A stretch of DNA of 35,098 bases from a virus (lineage: Duplodnaviria; Caudoviricetes), in IMG/VR virus record IMGVR_UViG_3300032329_000227, positions 1 through 35,098 of that record. One strand, written 5' to 3'. Both the position numbers and the translations under genes were made by a program. This document shows, piece by piece, positions 34,286 to 35,098 of this stretch (the stretch's first letter is position 1; each line of letters begins with the position of its first letter). Below the pieces are notes generated by a model that saw nothing but the letters and a program-made list of their open reading frames with translations, was not told where the DNA came from and ran no database searches.

Positions 34286-34721
34286 TTCCCCCACTATTAT
34301 TCTTAACGGCTCGCAAGACTTGATGTCTTTGTGGGCCGTTTTTCTTATAGCTAACATGCACCCATGAGTAGTCAAACTCATTGATCACTTGATCAAATGG
34401 CAGCTTGGCCACAATAAAATCAAAGATGTCTTTATTGGAAATGTTGTGAGAGTGACCATCCATGTCTAGGTCAAGCGCTTCACCTTTGCAATGTTGTGAT
34501 GTTGCGCTGCCCTTCACGGCCTTATTTAAAGCCTTGGATCTGTAAGCACTGGAAATATAAATTGGCACCCTAAACTCAGCACGGATCGGCTCAAAGATAT
34601 GCTCGCACAATGCCTTTAAATTTTCGATATGCTCTGGTGTTGGCATGTTAGATATGCCGTTGCGCTTTGCACTTTCGGATCTAATTAACTCGCCTAGTGT
34701 AACGTGTTGAGAAATGACCAT
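34272..34721 (-). CDS. Endolysin, peptidase M15 family
   Basis: SAYRS, SQHCKGEALD and WVHVS zinc-peptidase motifs; start MVISQH at 34721. Confidence 0.85.
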   Translation of the reverse strand: MVISQHVTLGELIRSESAKRNGISNMPTPEHIENLKALCEHIFEPIRAEFRVPIYISSAYRSKALNKAVKGSATSQHCKGEALDLDMDGHSHNISNKDIFDFIVAKLPFDQVINEFDYSWVHVSYKKNGPQRHQVLRAVKNNSGGTIYL

Positions 34722-35098
34722 ATATAACGCTTTAAAAATATCACGGCTAAAATAATGATTATAAGCCAAAATAAGCGACTCTCTGCTTGTTTCTTATACT
34801 TATGCTCAGTTTGATATAAAGTCTTGTAGAATCGCACAGAATCGCCAAGAATGCCTATCATGCGCATGTCTTGCACATAGGCAGTCTTAATGTCTTTGAC
34901 TTTTATAGTTTTGACAATAGTCTTGCCTTTCTCAGTCAATGTCACAACATTGTTTATTGTGTCACGCTTATAGTCAACAATAGTATCTTGCAAGATTGTG
35001 GTGTCGCTTAATGTCACAATGATAGTATCGTTGGCGCATGGATGATCTAGGGCCAAAGTATTAAAGACGCGATCACTTGCCTCTCTATTGTTTAACAC
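34694..35098 (-). CDS. C-terminal part of the putative unimolecular spanin (166 aa in total, start at 116)
   Basis: Beta-rich DT-repeat periplasmic region and C-terminal TM LFWLIIIILAVIFL followed by KR. Confidence 0.75.
   Translation of the reverse strand: MLNNREASDRVFNTLALDHPCANDTIIVTLSDTTILQDTIVDYKRDTINNVVTLTEKGKTIVKTIKVKDIKTAYVQDMRMIGILGDSVRFYKTLYQTEHKYKKQAESRLFWLIIIILAVIFLKRYIWSFLNTLH
35079..35098. repeat. Terminal direct repeat (copy 2)
   Basis: Identical to 1-20. Confidence 0.95.

Overview
The window appears to be a complete, circularly assembled ~35.08 kb genome of a tailed (siphovirus-like) phage, since bases 1-20 are repeated exactly at 35079-35098. A Bacteroidota host is inferred from TAnnTTTG -7 promoter motifs and the gene families. 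The minus strand (28.3 kb to 1, continuing across the junction to 34.3 kb) carries VRR-NUC, a Prim-Pol/helicase, an ECF-like sigma factor, a sugar-modification cluster (GT4-like, hexapeptide acyltransferase, GT2-like), TerS/TerL and a -1 frameshifted tail chaperone. It continues with tail genes, tape measure, prohead protease, scaffold, capsid, portal, tail fibre and a lysis cassette (two holin-like genes, a unimolecular spanin crossing the junction, an M15 endolysin). The plus strand (28.4-34.3 kb) carries SSB, nucleases, DUF3310, GNAT, an SF2 helicase and small early genes. I saw no integrase, repressor, family A/B polymerase, tRNA, CRISPR array or reverse transcriptase. The best candidate for an undescribed system is a tail protein extended by mucin-like poly-Thr stalks and Cys-rich modules, followed 3 nt later by a glycosyltransferase resembling plant peptidyl-Ser/Hyp O-glycosyltransferases; together these suggest a self-glycosylated 'mucin' virion appendage. 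Also notable are an intergenic array of 28-bp palindromes with ~33-bp period, a candidate late-promoter motif (AAGTACC-N13/14-AATAT), a HAD domain inserted in the prohead protease, and a portal fused to wHTH and MuF-like domains. All family calls come from motif recognition by eye; no searches were run.
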